Below are positions 9,186 through 17,594 of a DNA stretch of 64,000 nucleotides, piece by piece. The stretch's first letter is position 1, and each line of letters begins with the position of its first letter. The DNA is from Nitrospiria bacterium (GTDB lineage: Bacteria; Nitrospirota; Nitrospiria; SBBL01; JAADHI01), in NCBI GenBank assembly GCA_046756865.1, contig JBHHXE010000001.1:288-64287 (forward strand). The letters are read 5' to 3'. The notes under the pieces were generated by a model. It saw only the letters and a program-made list of their open reading frames with translations. It did no database searches and was not told where the DNA came from. A program made the translations under genes and the position numbers.

Positions 9186-10367
9186 GTGAAAAATATTGTC
9201 GTACAACAAGCAGATAGGATAAAAAAACTTCCACCTTACCTCTTTGCCGAGATTGATAAAATGAAGCAGGAAGCAATCCGGGAAGGAAAAGATATTATTA
9301 ATCTGGGAGTAGGTGATCCTGATATGCCAACTCCCGCACCGATCATCGAAAAAATCAAAAAAGCGGTTGAGGATCCGAGACACCATCAATATCCCAGCTA
9401 TGACGGGATGCCCTCCTTCCGGGAAGCGGTTGCCGCTTGGTATCGGCGTCGTTTTGATGCCACGCTTGATCCGGCGAGCGAAGTCCTTTCATTGATCGGA
9501 TCCAAAGAGGGGGTTGGACACCTCCCCTTAGCCCTAATCAACCCGGGCGATACCGTCCTGATGACCTGCCCGGGGTATCCTGTATACCACTCCGGAACCT
9601 TGTTTGCGGGCGGGAATTCGGTTACGGTCCCGCTCAAGAAAGAAAATGGATTTCTCCCGGACCTGGACGCCATTCCCGATGAGGTGGCAAAAGCCGCAAA
9701 GTTGTTTTTTATAAACTACCCGAACAATCCCACAGCCGCGACTGCCGACATTGCTTTTTTTGAATCTTTAATCGACTTTGCAGACCGTAACCAGATCATT
9801 ATCTGTCATGATGCCGCCTATACAGAGATTTATTATGACGGGAAACGCCCCATTGGATTTATGGAAGTTGATGGCGCTAAAGAAGTCGGGATTGAACTCC
9901 ATTCTCTTTCAAAGACCTACAATATGACAGGTTGGCGGGTTGGGTTTGCCGTCGGAAACAGGGATGTTCTGACCGCATTGGGAAAAATCAAGAGCAATCT
10001 CGATTCCGGTATTTTTCAGGCAGTTCAGGAAGCCGGAATCGCGGCCCTTGACCTGGACGACTCCTTGCTCGATGTCATTCGAAATATATACCAGGAGCGT
10101 CGTGATACGCTCGTTCCGGGGCTTCAGAAACTTGGCTTCCAGGTGGAACGGCCTGCTGCCGCATTCTACGCGTGGATACGGACACCAAAAGGGGTATCTT
10201 CGTCAGAGATGACGGCGACGCTGCTAAAAAGGGCGGCCATTGTTTCTACACCGGGAAATGGTTTTGGAGAGGCGGGAGAAGGCTACATCCGTATGACCTT
10301 GACGGTAAGCGTTGAACGCCTTGAAGAAGCCCTTGACCGCATGGAAAATGCCGGAATTTGTGGATAA
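9186..10367 (+). CDS. dapL: Class I PLP aminotransferase, probable LL-diaminopimelate aminotransferase (DapL type)
   Basis: 393 aa from a GTG start with LPPYLFAEID...INLGVGDPDMPTP, NYPNNPT and SLSKTYNMTGWRVG (PLP Lys). It sits with dapA/dapB/dapF/lysA, and no dapD/dapE is in the cluster. The fold assignment is secure; the DapL function is inferred from context. Confidence 0.7.
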   Translation: MKNIVVQQADRIKKLPPYLFAEIDKMKQEAIREGKDIINLGVGDPDMPTPAPIIEKIKKAVEDPRHHQYPSYDGMPSFREAVAAWYRRRFDATLDPASEVLSLIGSKEGVGHLPLALINPGDTVLMTCPGYPVYHSGTLFAGGNSVTVPLKKENGFLPDLDAIPDEVAKAAKLFFINYPNNPTAATADIAFFESLIDFADRNQIIICHDAAYTEIYYDGKRPIGFMEVDGAKEVGIELHSLSKTYNMTGWRVGFAVGNRDVLTALGKIKSNLDSGIFQAVQEAGIAALDLDDSLLDVIRNIYQERRDTLVPGLQKLGFQVERPAAAFYAWIRTPKGVSSSEMTATLLKRAAIVSTPGNGFGEAGEGYIRMTLTVSVERLEEALDRMENAGICG

Positions 10368-10935
10368 AGAAAGTCTAGGTGTCGGCAAACCGTGCATTGA
10401 TCCTGCCGAACGACTACGGCATCTAGCGTATATCGGGATTGGGTCAAACAAGGGAGATGCCCTCGCCTCCTGTCGAGGGGCTGTCAGGAAACTTTCAAGG
10501 CATGAGTCCATTTGGATTAGGAATATTTCTTCCCTCTATGAGACGGCACCGATGTGCGTTCTTGATCAAGACTGGTTTTATAACGCCGTGATAGAGCTTG
10601 AAACAACCCTTTCTCCTCACGCTTTGCAGGAGACCTCTCAGGAAATCGAAAATCAGATCGGAAAAAAGATTGTGATTCCAAAAGGCCCCCGGGAGATAGA
10701 TCTTGACCTCCTTTTTTACGATCAGGAGATCATCGACGAGCCGGGTTTGACTGTTCCACATCCAGGAATCCCCGTCCGACGTTTTGTCCTGGTCCCTTTG
10801 GTCGAGATCGCTTCCGGAATGCGTCACCCAACACTCGGTCAACACGTTGACACACTACTGGAGAAACTTGGGAAAGAAAGCGATTTCGCGGTGATCAAGA
10901 AGGAAGAAAGAGGATGGGAGAGGGAAACAGCTTGA
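10348..10935 (+). CDS. folK: 2-amino-4-hydroxy-6-hydroxymethyldihydropteridine pyrophosphokinase
   Basis: HPPK pattern AYIGIGSN...LYETAP...GPREIDLDLL...VPHP...RRFVLVPL. The start is ambiguous: ATG 10312, ATG 10348 or GTG 10360. The latter two overlap the upstream stop only slightly. Confidence 0.85.
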   Translation: MPEFVDKESLGVGKPCIDPAERLRHLAYIGIGSNKGDALASCRGAVRKLSRHESIWIRNISSLYETAPMCVLDQDWFYNAVIELETTLSPHALQETSQEIENQIGKKIVIPKGPREIDLDLLFYDQEIIDEPGLTVPHPGIPVRRFVLVPLVEIASGMRHPTLGQHVDTLLEKLGKESDFAVIKKEERGWERETA

Positions 10936-11588
10936 GTGAAAATCGCCTGATAGTCATTGAAGGCCCCATCGGCGTTGGCAAAACAAGTCTGGCAAGGCTT
11001 CTCTCACGTGAATTGAATGCCGAACTTCTCCTCGAAGATGTGGAAGAGAACCCTTTTCTTCACAAATTCTACCGGGATACTCAAAAATGGGCCTTTCAGA
11101 CGCAGTTGTTTTTCCTCCTTTCCCGCTCCCGCCAATTAGAGTCGCTTATTCAGCAAAGCCTCTTTTCTGAAACCACGATAACCGATTATTTTCTTCCGAA
11201 AGATCGGATTTTTGCTTATATGAATTTAACGGAAGAAGAGCTTGTCCTCTATGAACAGGTTTATAAATTACTAAATATGACAGCGCCAAAGCCGGACTTG
11301 GTTGTATTTCTTCAGGCGAATACCGATGCCCTCTTGAAACGGATTAACCGCAGAGGGAGGAATTATGAAAAAGCCCTCCATCCGGAATACCTGGTCGGAT
11401 TGAATGAGGCCTACAACCATTTTTTCTTTTATTACGAAGAAAGTCCTTTATTGGTGATACAAACAGATGATATCGATTTTGTAAACCATCCAGAAGATTT
11501 AGCCGACCTCGTGACACGAATTAAGGAAATGAAAAAAGGAAAAGCCTACTACCACCCTAATCGCGTCATTAAAAAAGATGATCCATGA
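10914..11588 (+). CDS. Deoxynucleoside kinase family protein
   Basis: 224 aa with the P-loop IEGPIGVGKTSL and dNK-like layout (ENPFL, FQTQL, RGR lid). An alternative TTG start at 10932 overlaps the folK stop (TTGA). Confidence 0.8.
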   Translation: MGEGNSLSENRLIVIEGPIGVGKTSLARLLSRELNAELLLEDVEENPFLHKFYRDTQKWAFQTQLFFLLSRSRQLESLIQQSLFSETTITDYFLPKDRIFAYMNLTEEELVLYEQVYKLLNMTAPKPDLVVFLQANTDALLKRINRRGRNYEKALHPEYLVGLNEAYNHFFFYYEESPLLVIQTDDIDFVNHPEDLADLVTRIKEMKKGKAYYHPNRVIKKDDP

Positions 11589-12427
11589 AGACCATTAAAC
11601 GCATCAGAACCCTGCAAGAGACGCTCAGGGGTCTACGGCCCGGACGGCGGATCGCGCTTGTCCCGACGATGGGGGCTTTTCATGAAGGGCATCTTTCCCT
11701 GATGCGGAAAGCAAAGCAAAGCGGGGATTTCGTTGTTGTCTCACTCTTTGTCAATCCGCTTCAGTTTGGCCCCGAGGAAGATTTGAAAGTCTATCCCAGA
11801 GACCTTCGCTCTGACCGGAATAAGGCAAAGAAATGCGGCGTAGATCTCTTATGGACCCCCGCTCCCGAAGAAATTCTGCCCTCTCCCTATCGAACATTTA
11901 TTAATGTGGAAAAGCTCAGTAAACGATGGGAAGGTGAGGCGCGACCGGGACATTTTAAGGGAGTGGCAACCATCGTTGCCAAGCTTCTGCAGTTGATCGC
12001 GCCAGATGATCTATATCTCGGCCAAAAAGATTTTCAACAGGTTCGGGTCATCCAACAACTGGTTCGTGATCTTCACTTCAAAACCAGCGTGCACCGACTC
12101 CCAACAGTTCGGGAGGCTGATGGGCTAGCGATGAGTTCCAGAAATTCCCGTCTTTCCTCTGCAGACCGAAAAGCCGCTCCGGTCTTATACCAGACGCTTC
12201 AAGCCGCACGGAAGATGATCCGTCAGGGGGAGAGGGAGAGCCAAGAGGTCCTTGAGGCATCTGAGACCAAGATCCGGATGGAGCCTCGCGCCCGGATCAA
12301 CTATCTGGCTCTCTGCGACCCGGAGACACTAGAACCTCTTAAGTGGCTGGAACGGCGTTCCGTTTTCCTCGCGGCTATCCAGATCGGAACCGTCCGCCTG
12401 ATCGATAATGTTTTCGTTAATATCTGA
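11585..12427 (+). CDS. panC: Pantoate--beta-alanine ligase
   Basis: 280 aa with VPTMGAFHEGHLSLM (HIGH-type motif), FVNPLQFG and SSRN. The ATGA start overlaps the upstream stop. Confidence 0.95.
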   Translation: MKTIKRIRTLQETLRGLRPGRRIALVPTMGAFHEGHLSLMRKAKQSGDFVVVSLFVNPLQFGPEEDLKVYPRDLRSDRNKAKKCGVDLLWTPAPEEILPSPYRTFINVEKLSKRWEGEARPGHFKGVATIVAKLLQLIAPDDLYLGQKDFQQVRVIQQLVRDLHFKTSVHRLPTVREADGLAMSSRNSRLSSADRKAAPVLYQTLQAARKMIRQGERESQEVLEASETKIRMEPRARINYLALCDPETLEPLKWLERRSVFLAAIQIGTVRLIDNVFVNI

Positions 12428-12594
12428 CCGGATGATCTTGCGACTGATACCTCTTGCCTTTTAAAAGTAATTTCGCTTACAAGCCGCTTCTGGCTGGAAG
12501 AAACGCCTCAGATCTGTTTCCTTTATCAAATGAGTAAGAATTATTTGTAATATACCCATAGTGAGTCCAAAAATTCTGCATAATTTCCAATACC

Positions 12595-12603
12595 TGTTAT
12601 AAT
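12595..12603 (+). promoter_or_regulatory. Candidate extended -10 promoter (TGTTATAAT)
   Basis: Exact TGnTATAAT at 12595-12603 in the AT-rich 383-bp gap after panC. It predicts a ~200-nt 5' leader before the ATG at 12811. Confidence 0.35.
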
Positions 12604-12810
12604 TAAACGCGCGTAGCCAGCCTAGTTCTTACCCTCCCAGGGAGGGGTAAGCGAGAAAACAAAATAGTGGGGTTTATCTTTTCGGGTCGGAAAAACGAAG
12701 ACATTACGCCGCTAAGGGAGTGATCTTCAAAAATTACGGACGCGTTCACTTCAACCTTACCAGTGAGGTTTGCGCTGGATTTATATGGTTAAAATCAGGA
12801 GGAGGAACGG

Positions 12811-13989
12811 ATGACTTACTCCAGCATGAAATGTAAGAAATGCGGGCTTACTCAAATGGCATCATCCGCTTGTAAATCTTGTGATGCTCCATCTTCGTTT
12901 TCATCGTCCGCCTCAGGCTTATCCACGCACAAAGAGACACTTGAAGAAATTCCAAAAACAGATGCGCCTTTTGATAAGGTATCGCCCCCAGACGTTGAGC
13001 CTGAACAAAGCTTAAGGGCTTCAGAGAATCCAACCGATGACTCAGATTTAAACCATACCCTTACATTTCATGGGCAGGGTGGAACACTTTTGGGAATTCA
13101 GGCTGTCAATATTTTCCTGACACTAGTCACCTTCGGAATATATTTATTTTGGGGGAAGGTTAATGTGAGAAAATACTTAATTGGACAAACGGCATTTAAA
13201 GGAGATCGCTTCGCTTATCATGGGACGGGAATGGAATTGTTTATCGGTTCTATGAAGGCCTTCCTGGTTCTCGGGGCAATGACCGCTTTGTTTCAGGCCG
13301 CACCCTTGATGCCGGGTGGAAAAGCGGTCAGCATCCTGGCTTTCACATCGGGATATTTAGGTTTTATGCTGTTTATCCCGATTGCGGTTGTCGGGAGCCT
13401 GCGTTACCGTTTGAGCAGAACTTCATGGCGCGGTATCCGTTTATCCTTTAGAGGACCGGTCAAGGACTACGTTAAAATTTCCATTCTGGGAGGGCTTTTT
13501 AGTTTTCTGACCCTTGGGCTTTATTATCCGATATTTCACGCCAGGAAGCGCTCCTTTTTGGTTTCCAATGCTTATTTTGGGAGCCTTTCCTTCGATTTTG
13601 ACGGAGAGGGGAAGGATCTTTTTAATAGCTTTCTACTGGCGCTCCTCTTGACCATTCCCACGCTGGGTTTCTGTTGGTTCTGGTATATGGCAGAACGTCA
13701 CCGTTATTATTGGTCTCATACAAAATTGGGATCTTCAAAGTTTAAATCGACGGTGACGGGCTCCCGGCTCCTGATCTTGAGCTTAACGAACATCTTGCTC
13801 TTGATTGTTACGCTGGGCTTTGCGTGGTCCTGGACCTCTATCCGAAAAGTACAATTCAATTGTTCAAACCTGCTGCTTGAGGGACGTCTTGATATGGAAT
13901 CCATCTTTCAGGATGCGCAGTCCGCCACAGCGACCGGTGAGGGTTTGGGCAACCTCCTGGAACTTGAAACCGATTTTGGAATTGGCTGA
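12811..13989 (+). CDS. Zn-ribbon / DUF898 (YjgN-like) polytopic membrane protein
   Basis: 392 aa with a strong AGGAGGAGG SD. It has an N-terminal CxxC-x9-CxxC (12832-12882), a low-complexity linker, then two repeated membrane halves with DUF898-like signatures (FHGQGG..NIFLTLVTFGIYLFWGK; FDFDGEG..TLGFCWFWY; TLGFAWSW). Confidence 0.85.
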   Translation: MTYSSMKCKKCGLTQMASSACKSCDAPSSFSSSASGLSTHKETLEEIPKTDAPFDKVSPPDVEPEQSLRASENPTDDSDLNHTLTFHGQGGTLLGIQAVNIFLTLVTFGIYLFWGKVNVRKYLIGQTAFKGDRFAYHGTGMELFIGSMKAFLVLGAMTALFQAAPLMPGGKAVSILAFTSGYLGFMLFIPIAVVGSLRYRLSRTSWRGIRLSFRGPVKDYVKISILGGLFSFLTLGLYYPIFHARKRSFLVSNAYFGSLSFDFDGEGKDLFNSFLLALLLTIPTLGFCWFWYMAERHRYYWSHTKLGSSKFKSTVTGSRLLILSLTNILLLIVTLGFAWSWTSIRKVQFNCSNLLLEGRLDMESIFQDAQSATATGEGLGNLLELETDFGIG

Positions 13990-15094
13990 CTCGCATCTAC
14001 AACTCACGTGGGAAGGTGATTATCTGGATGGCTGGTCGGCAAATCGCCAAAGGGTAGGGGTTTACCTTGAAAAACACCGAATTAGCATAAAGACTGAGTC
14101 GGGCGAGGTTTTTTACTTGCCCTATCAGGAACTCCGGCAAACCCAGGGATTCTATGAGGGTGAACCGGTCAGATTTGAGTGGGATGGAGATACCCCTCGG
14201 GCACTGGTCATACAAGATTCAGAGTTCCTTCCTTCCCTCCACCGAAATGTCGGAAACAAGGCTTCTCACATTCATAATCCTGCTAACCGCTCTCTCCGTC
14301 TGAAACTGACGTTTGCGGCGGCAGTTTCCAGCATTGTCATTGCAGCTTCCCTTTATTTATGGGGAATTCCGACCATCGCCTCTCTTGCGACCCACTATGT
14401 ACCCGTCTCATGGGAAAAGAAACTTGGTGCCGGCGTCATGTCTTATCTTGCTCCTCCGGAAAAGCTCTGTAAAAATAAGGAATTACGTCAGTCCGTTCAG
14501 TTGATTTTCTCAGGTCTTATTCCTGTAAATTCTGATATTCCCTACAGCTTTGAGATTTCTATTATTGATTCCCGGATAGTGAATGCTTTTGCGGCACCCG
14601 GAGGTTATATCGGTCTATACCATGGCTTGATTGAGCAGACCAAGTCTCCTGAAGAGCTGGCAGGCGTGCTGGCACATGAGGTGCAGCATATTGTCAAGCG
14701 CCATTCCACACGTGCATTGCTACAGCAGGCGTCCAGCAATATTCTGATGTCTGCCCTGACTGGGGATCTGAGCGGTGCACAGGCCTTTGGCCTGGCAAGC
14801 GCCGACAACTTTTTTCGTTTAAAGAACAGCCGAGAGGCTGAACGAGAGGCTGACGAAGAAGGCATGAAGATGATTCTTGAAGCTGGGATTGATCCCGAAG
14901 GTATGATTCATTTTTTTGACCATATAAAAGAATACGAAGAGAATCTCCCGGGAATTTATAAATACCTTTCTTCTCACCCCGGAACGCGAAGCCGCGTCTC
15001 TCATCTCAATATCCTTGCGAAACATGCACCCGAAGGAAAAACAACTAAACTCATTGGAAATGATCTTTGGGATAAAATCAAGAAGTCCTGTTAG
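13982..15094 (+). CDS. Membrane-anchored M48 family zinc metalloprotease
   Basis: HEVQH at 14675-14689 plus downstream EAEREADEEG (third-ligand region). One TM helix follows a ~95-aa soluble N-domain. The ORF track starts at ATG 13805 inside the upstream gene. I prefer the in-frame TTG 13982, which overlaps the upstream stop by 8 nt; the start is uncertain. Confidence 0.8.
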   Translation: MADSHLQLTWEGDYLDGWSANRQRVGVYLEKHRISIKTESGEVFYLPYQELRQTQGFYEGEPVRFEWDGDTPRALVIQDSEFLPSLHRNVGNKASHIHNPANRSLRLKLTFAAAVSSIVIAASLYLWGIPTIASLATHYVPVSWEKKLGAGVMSYLAPPEKLCKNKELRQSVQLIFSGLIPVNSDIPYSFEISIIDSRIVNAFAAPGGYIGLYHGLIEQTKSPEELAGVLAHEVQHIVKRHSTRALLQQASSNILMSALTGDLSGAQAFGLASADNFFRLKNSREAEREADEEGMKMILEAGIDPEGMIHFFDHIKEYEENLPGIYKYLSSHPGTRSRVSHLNILAKHAPEGKTTKLIGNDLWDKIKKSC

Positions 15095-15130
15095 TTTTTT
15101 CTAGGGAGGCCGTCTGTCCAAAACCCTAAA

Positions 15131-15160
15131 TTGACTTTGGACGGAAGAACTTGGTATCAT
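15131..15160 (+). promoter_or_regulatory. Candidate sigma70 promoter of the CHAP gene (predicts leaderless mRNA)
   Basis: TTGACT (15131-15136), 18 nt spacer, TATCAT (15155-15160). The ATG at 15167 lies 7 nt after the -10 box and has no SD upstream. Confidence 0.4.
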
Positions 15161-15166
15161 TCCTAA

Positions 15167-15763
15167 ATGTGTGTCGAAATATTTACGGTAAAGAAGCGCT
15201 CCCTCGGGGTGCTTTTTCTCGTCTTTTCCATTTCATTTGCAGCCCTTGCCTGCATGATTTCTCGTGTTGAAGCCGTTCCCTGCGCCACGCCGCTCTCCTC
15301 CTATAAAGATGTGCCTGCCCGGTCTAATGAGGATTATCCTTATGGCAGCTGCGACGGCCCTTCAGTCTATGGACTGAAATACCAGTGTGTCGAATATGTC
15401 CGGCGTTTCTATCACCTGGTCAAAGGGATTGAGACGCGAGGCGGAATGCCAGGGAGGGGATGGGACGGAAATGCAAACACCTACTTTAAGTCTGCCGGAG
15501 AGATGGGCCTGGAGGCCATGGAAAATGGCGGACCAACGCCTCCTCTTCCTGATGACATCATTTCTTTCACGGGAGGTGCGCACGGCCATGTTGCCATTAT
15601 CACAGCCGTGACCAATAATCACATCGAATTCATCGAACAAAACTTCTCCCTCAGCGGGAGGGGACGCGTCGCGTATAACCCACTCACCCACCATGTAGCC
15701 GGTCGCCATGTCCAGGGCGCTACCCTCTCCGTTGAGGGGTGGCTTCGCCCCCAGGTCCATTAG
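15167..15763 (+). CDS. Secreted CHAP-domain amidase/peptidase
   Basis: 198 aa with an N-terminal signal peptide (..ISRVEA|VP), a catalytic Cys context YQCVEYVRRFY and a His context GHVAIITAV, as in CHAP / glutathionylspermidine-amidase-like domains. Confidence 0.8.
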   Translation: MCVEIFTVKKRSLGVLFLVFSISFAALACMISRVEAVPCATPLSSYKDVPARSNEDYPYGSCDGPSVYGLKYQCVEYVRRFYHLVKGIETRGGMPGRGWDGNANTYFKSAGEMGLEAMENGGPTPPLPDDIISFTGGAHGHVAIITAVTNNHIEFIEQNFSLSGRGRVAYNPLTHHVAGRHVQGATLSVEGWLRPQVH

Positions 15764-15795
15764 CATCCCAGGTGATATGATGGTTCGCTCTCGTG

Positions 15796-16317
15796 TTATG
15801 GGCGATATGCGTCCATAACACGGTTCTGTCCATCCATTGACAGAGTAACCATCCTGCCTTTGGTGATTTTATTCAATTTTGTGGCAGCATCACCCTTAAG
15901 GGCGAGGCGTTTCACAACACCAAACTCAGTCTTAATGGAAATCCATTTCATCGGACCATTGAATTCCTGGACGATTCCGGAGATTTCATTGCCCATAAAA
16001 CCTCCCTTGCCCCCGGGTTCCGTGAGGTCGATGATCGTATTTCCTCTATCCAGTATGAGGGTGACTTCATCCCCCTCTTCCGGTGCCGAAAAACCTTCCC
16101 GAACCCATTCTTTTACCCCAAAACTGCGGAAGGTCCTTTCTTCCGTTTCCAGGATGACCATATCACCTTTCACCGTCCAGACAGAACTGTAGACACTCCT
16201 ATGCGAAGAAAGGTCATGCTGGGTGAGGGTCGGGTAACTCGAAGCATACACCGACGAAAATGAAATGCTCAAAATAAACAACAAAAACATGAGAAATGGT
16301 TTATGGTTATTCATCAT
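15796..16317 (-). CDS. Secreted hypothetical protein
   Basis: 173 aa with GGAGGAG SD and a clear signal peptide (FLMFLLFILSISFSSVYA|SS). The mature part looks beta-rich and I recognise no family. Confidence 0.6.
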   Translation of the reverse strand: MMNNHKPFLMFLLFILSISFSSVYASSYPTLTQHDLSSHRSVYSSVWTVKGDMVILETEERTFRSFGVKEWVREGFSAPEEGDEVTLILDRGNTIIDLTEPGGKGGFMGNEISGIVQEFNGPMKWISIKTEFGVVKRLALKGDAATKLNKITKGRMVTLSMDGQNRVMDAYRP

Positions 16318-16716
16318 ACTCCTCCTTCCTTATATGGCGGCGGAGTATTTGCAGGCAGGGGCTTATTAAGACAGATCGTGAAGTAAGGAGAGTATTTGCC
16401 GCCAGGATGATCTTTTATATTTGACTCATTTTCCCGCTTTCTCTGATACGGGGCAACGCCGAATAGATATAAAAAATGGTTTTTTTGATCGATAACATCC
16501 ACCCCTTTTTCAGAATTGCCCTCCGCTTTTATCCATTCCTTTAAAGAGGCCGAAACCCTCCAGGGCAAATGATATTGAGAACACTTTTCACACCCATATA
16601 TATTAAATAGTATTCCATTCCTGGAAGCGAAGTCAAGAAATCAGGGCTGAACCCGATCCAGTCTCTAGGAATAAGCATTTTATTTCAAGAGCCGATCTTT
16701 TATAAATGAAAGGGGA

Positions 16717-16746
16717 TTGACGAAAGTAAATCAAGCCGGTTATCAT
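16717..16746 (+). promoter_or_regulatory. Candidate sigma70 promoter of rhodanese gene
   Basis: TTGACG (16717-16722), 18 nt spacer, TATCAT (16741-16746). Lies about 40 nt upstream of the GTG at 16788. Confidence 0.35.
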
Positions 16747-16787
16747 CAGCTTGGCAGGGAGTAAAATCAACGGCAGGGAACGTAGAC

Positions 16788-17105
16788 GTGGATCAGATTG
16801 CACCACTGGAAGTTAAACGGCAGATGGAGGGCGGGCCGACATTTACGCTGTTGGATGTTCGGGAACGCTGGGAGTTTCAAATGGCACATATCCCAGGTTC
16901 TGTCCTGATCCCTCTGGGAGAGTTGCAGAACAGAATAGAGGAACTTGACCCGGATAGAGAGATCGTTACCTTGTGTCACCATGGGATCAGGAGCCAGTCG
17001 GCCCTGAACATCCTGAAGCAATCCGGAATTAAAGATGTTAAGAATCTGAGCGGCGGAATTGATGCCTATTCTTGCCTGGCAGATCCGAGCATCCCGAGGT
17101 ATTAG
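16788..17105 (+). CDS. Single-domain rhodanese sulfurtransferase
   Basis: 105 aa from a GTG start with LLDVRE..E....HIPGS and the active-site loop CHHGIRS. Confidence 0.88.
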   Translation: MDQIAPLEVKRQMEGGPTFTLLDVRERWEFQMAHIPGSVLIPLGELQNRIEELDPDREIVTLCHHGIRSQSALNILKQSGIKDVKNLSGGIDAYSCLADPSIPRY

Positions 17106-17117
17106 CCGTCGGCGGAG

Positions 17118-17594
17118 CTATGGGTGTTCTTCGACCCACACATCTCCCTGAGGCGTTGTTTCTTTTTTCCATATGGGTGTGATTCTCTTTAGTTCATCAA
17201 TAGACCAGGAACAGCCTTTGAAGGCATCTGCCCGATGCTCCGCGCCCACAACGATCAACACAATGTTGTCTCCGATAGACAGCTTTCCCACACGATGAAT
17301 AATGGTCACTTCAATAATATCGAAATCTTTCAGCGCCTGATCGCGGATCTCTGAAAGGCGCTTTTCTGCCATGCCGGGATAGTGCTCAAAGTCAATCTTA
17401 TGAATATCCCGTCCCTTTGAAAAATCCCGGGCAGCGCCAAGGAAGGCGACGATGCCGCCGATGCGCTTAGAAGATGCCTTCAATTTATTGATCTCGTCTT
17501 CGACACTAAAGTCTTCAAGTTGAATTCTGATTCGATCTGTATTATTTTTTGTGGTGATTGTCATTCCATTCCTTTCGTGCAGGAGAATCTTCAC
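17118..17594 (-). CDS. moaE: Molybdopterin synthase catalytic subunit
   Basis: MoaE-like GGIVAFLGAARD...HYPGMAEK...HRVG.L..GD..V.V.V.A.HR..AF and PIWKKE. The start is either GTG 17594, immediately after the moaD TAG, or ATG 17564. Confidence 0.9.
   Translation of the reverse strand: MKILLHERNGMTITTKNNTDRIRIQLEDFSVEDEINKLKASSKRIGGIVAFLGAARDFSKGRDIHKIDFEHYPGMAEKRLSEIRDQALKDFDIIEVTIIHRVGKLSIGDNIVLIVVGAEHRADAFKGCSWSIDELKRITPIWKKETTPQGDVWVEEHP

Noticed and set aside
12785-12814. 9-codon upstream ORF (MVKIRRRNG) whose TGA overlaps the ATG of the DUF898 gene
   Set aside because: Its Arg codons are just the AGGAGGAGG Shine-Dalgarno of the main ORF, and it has no SD of its own. It is most likely fortuitous.
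16314-16568. 84-aa TTG-initiated ORF upstream of the secreted protein gene
   Set aside because: It has a weak start and no SD, and its 3' end is simply the SD and 5' UTR of the downstream gene. The composition looks non-coding, so I treat it as intergenic.
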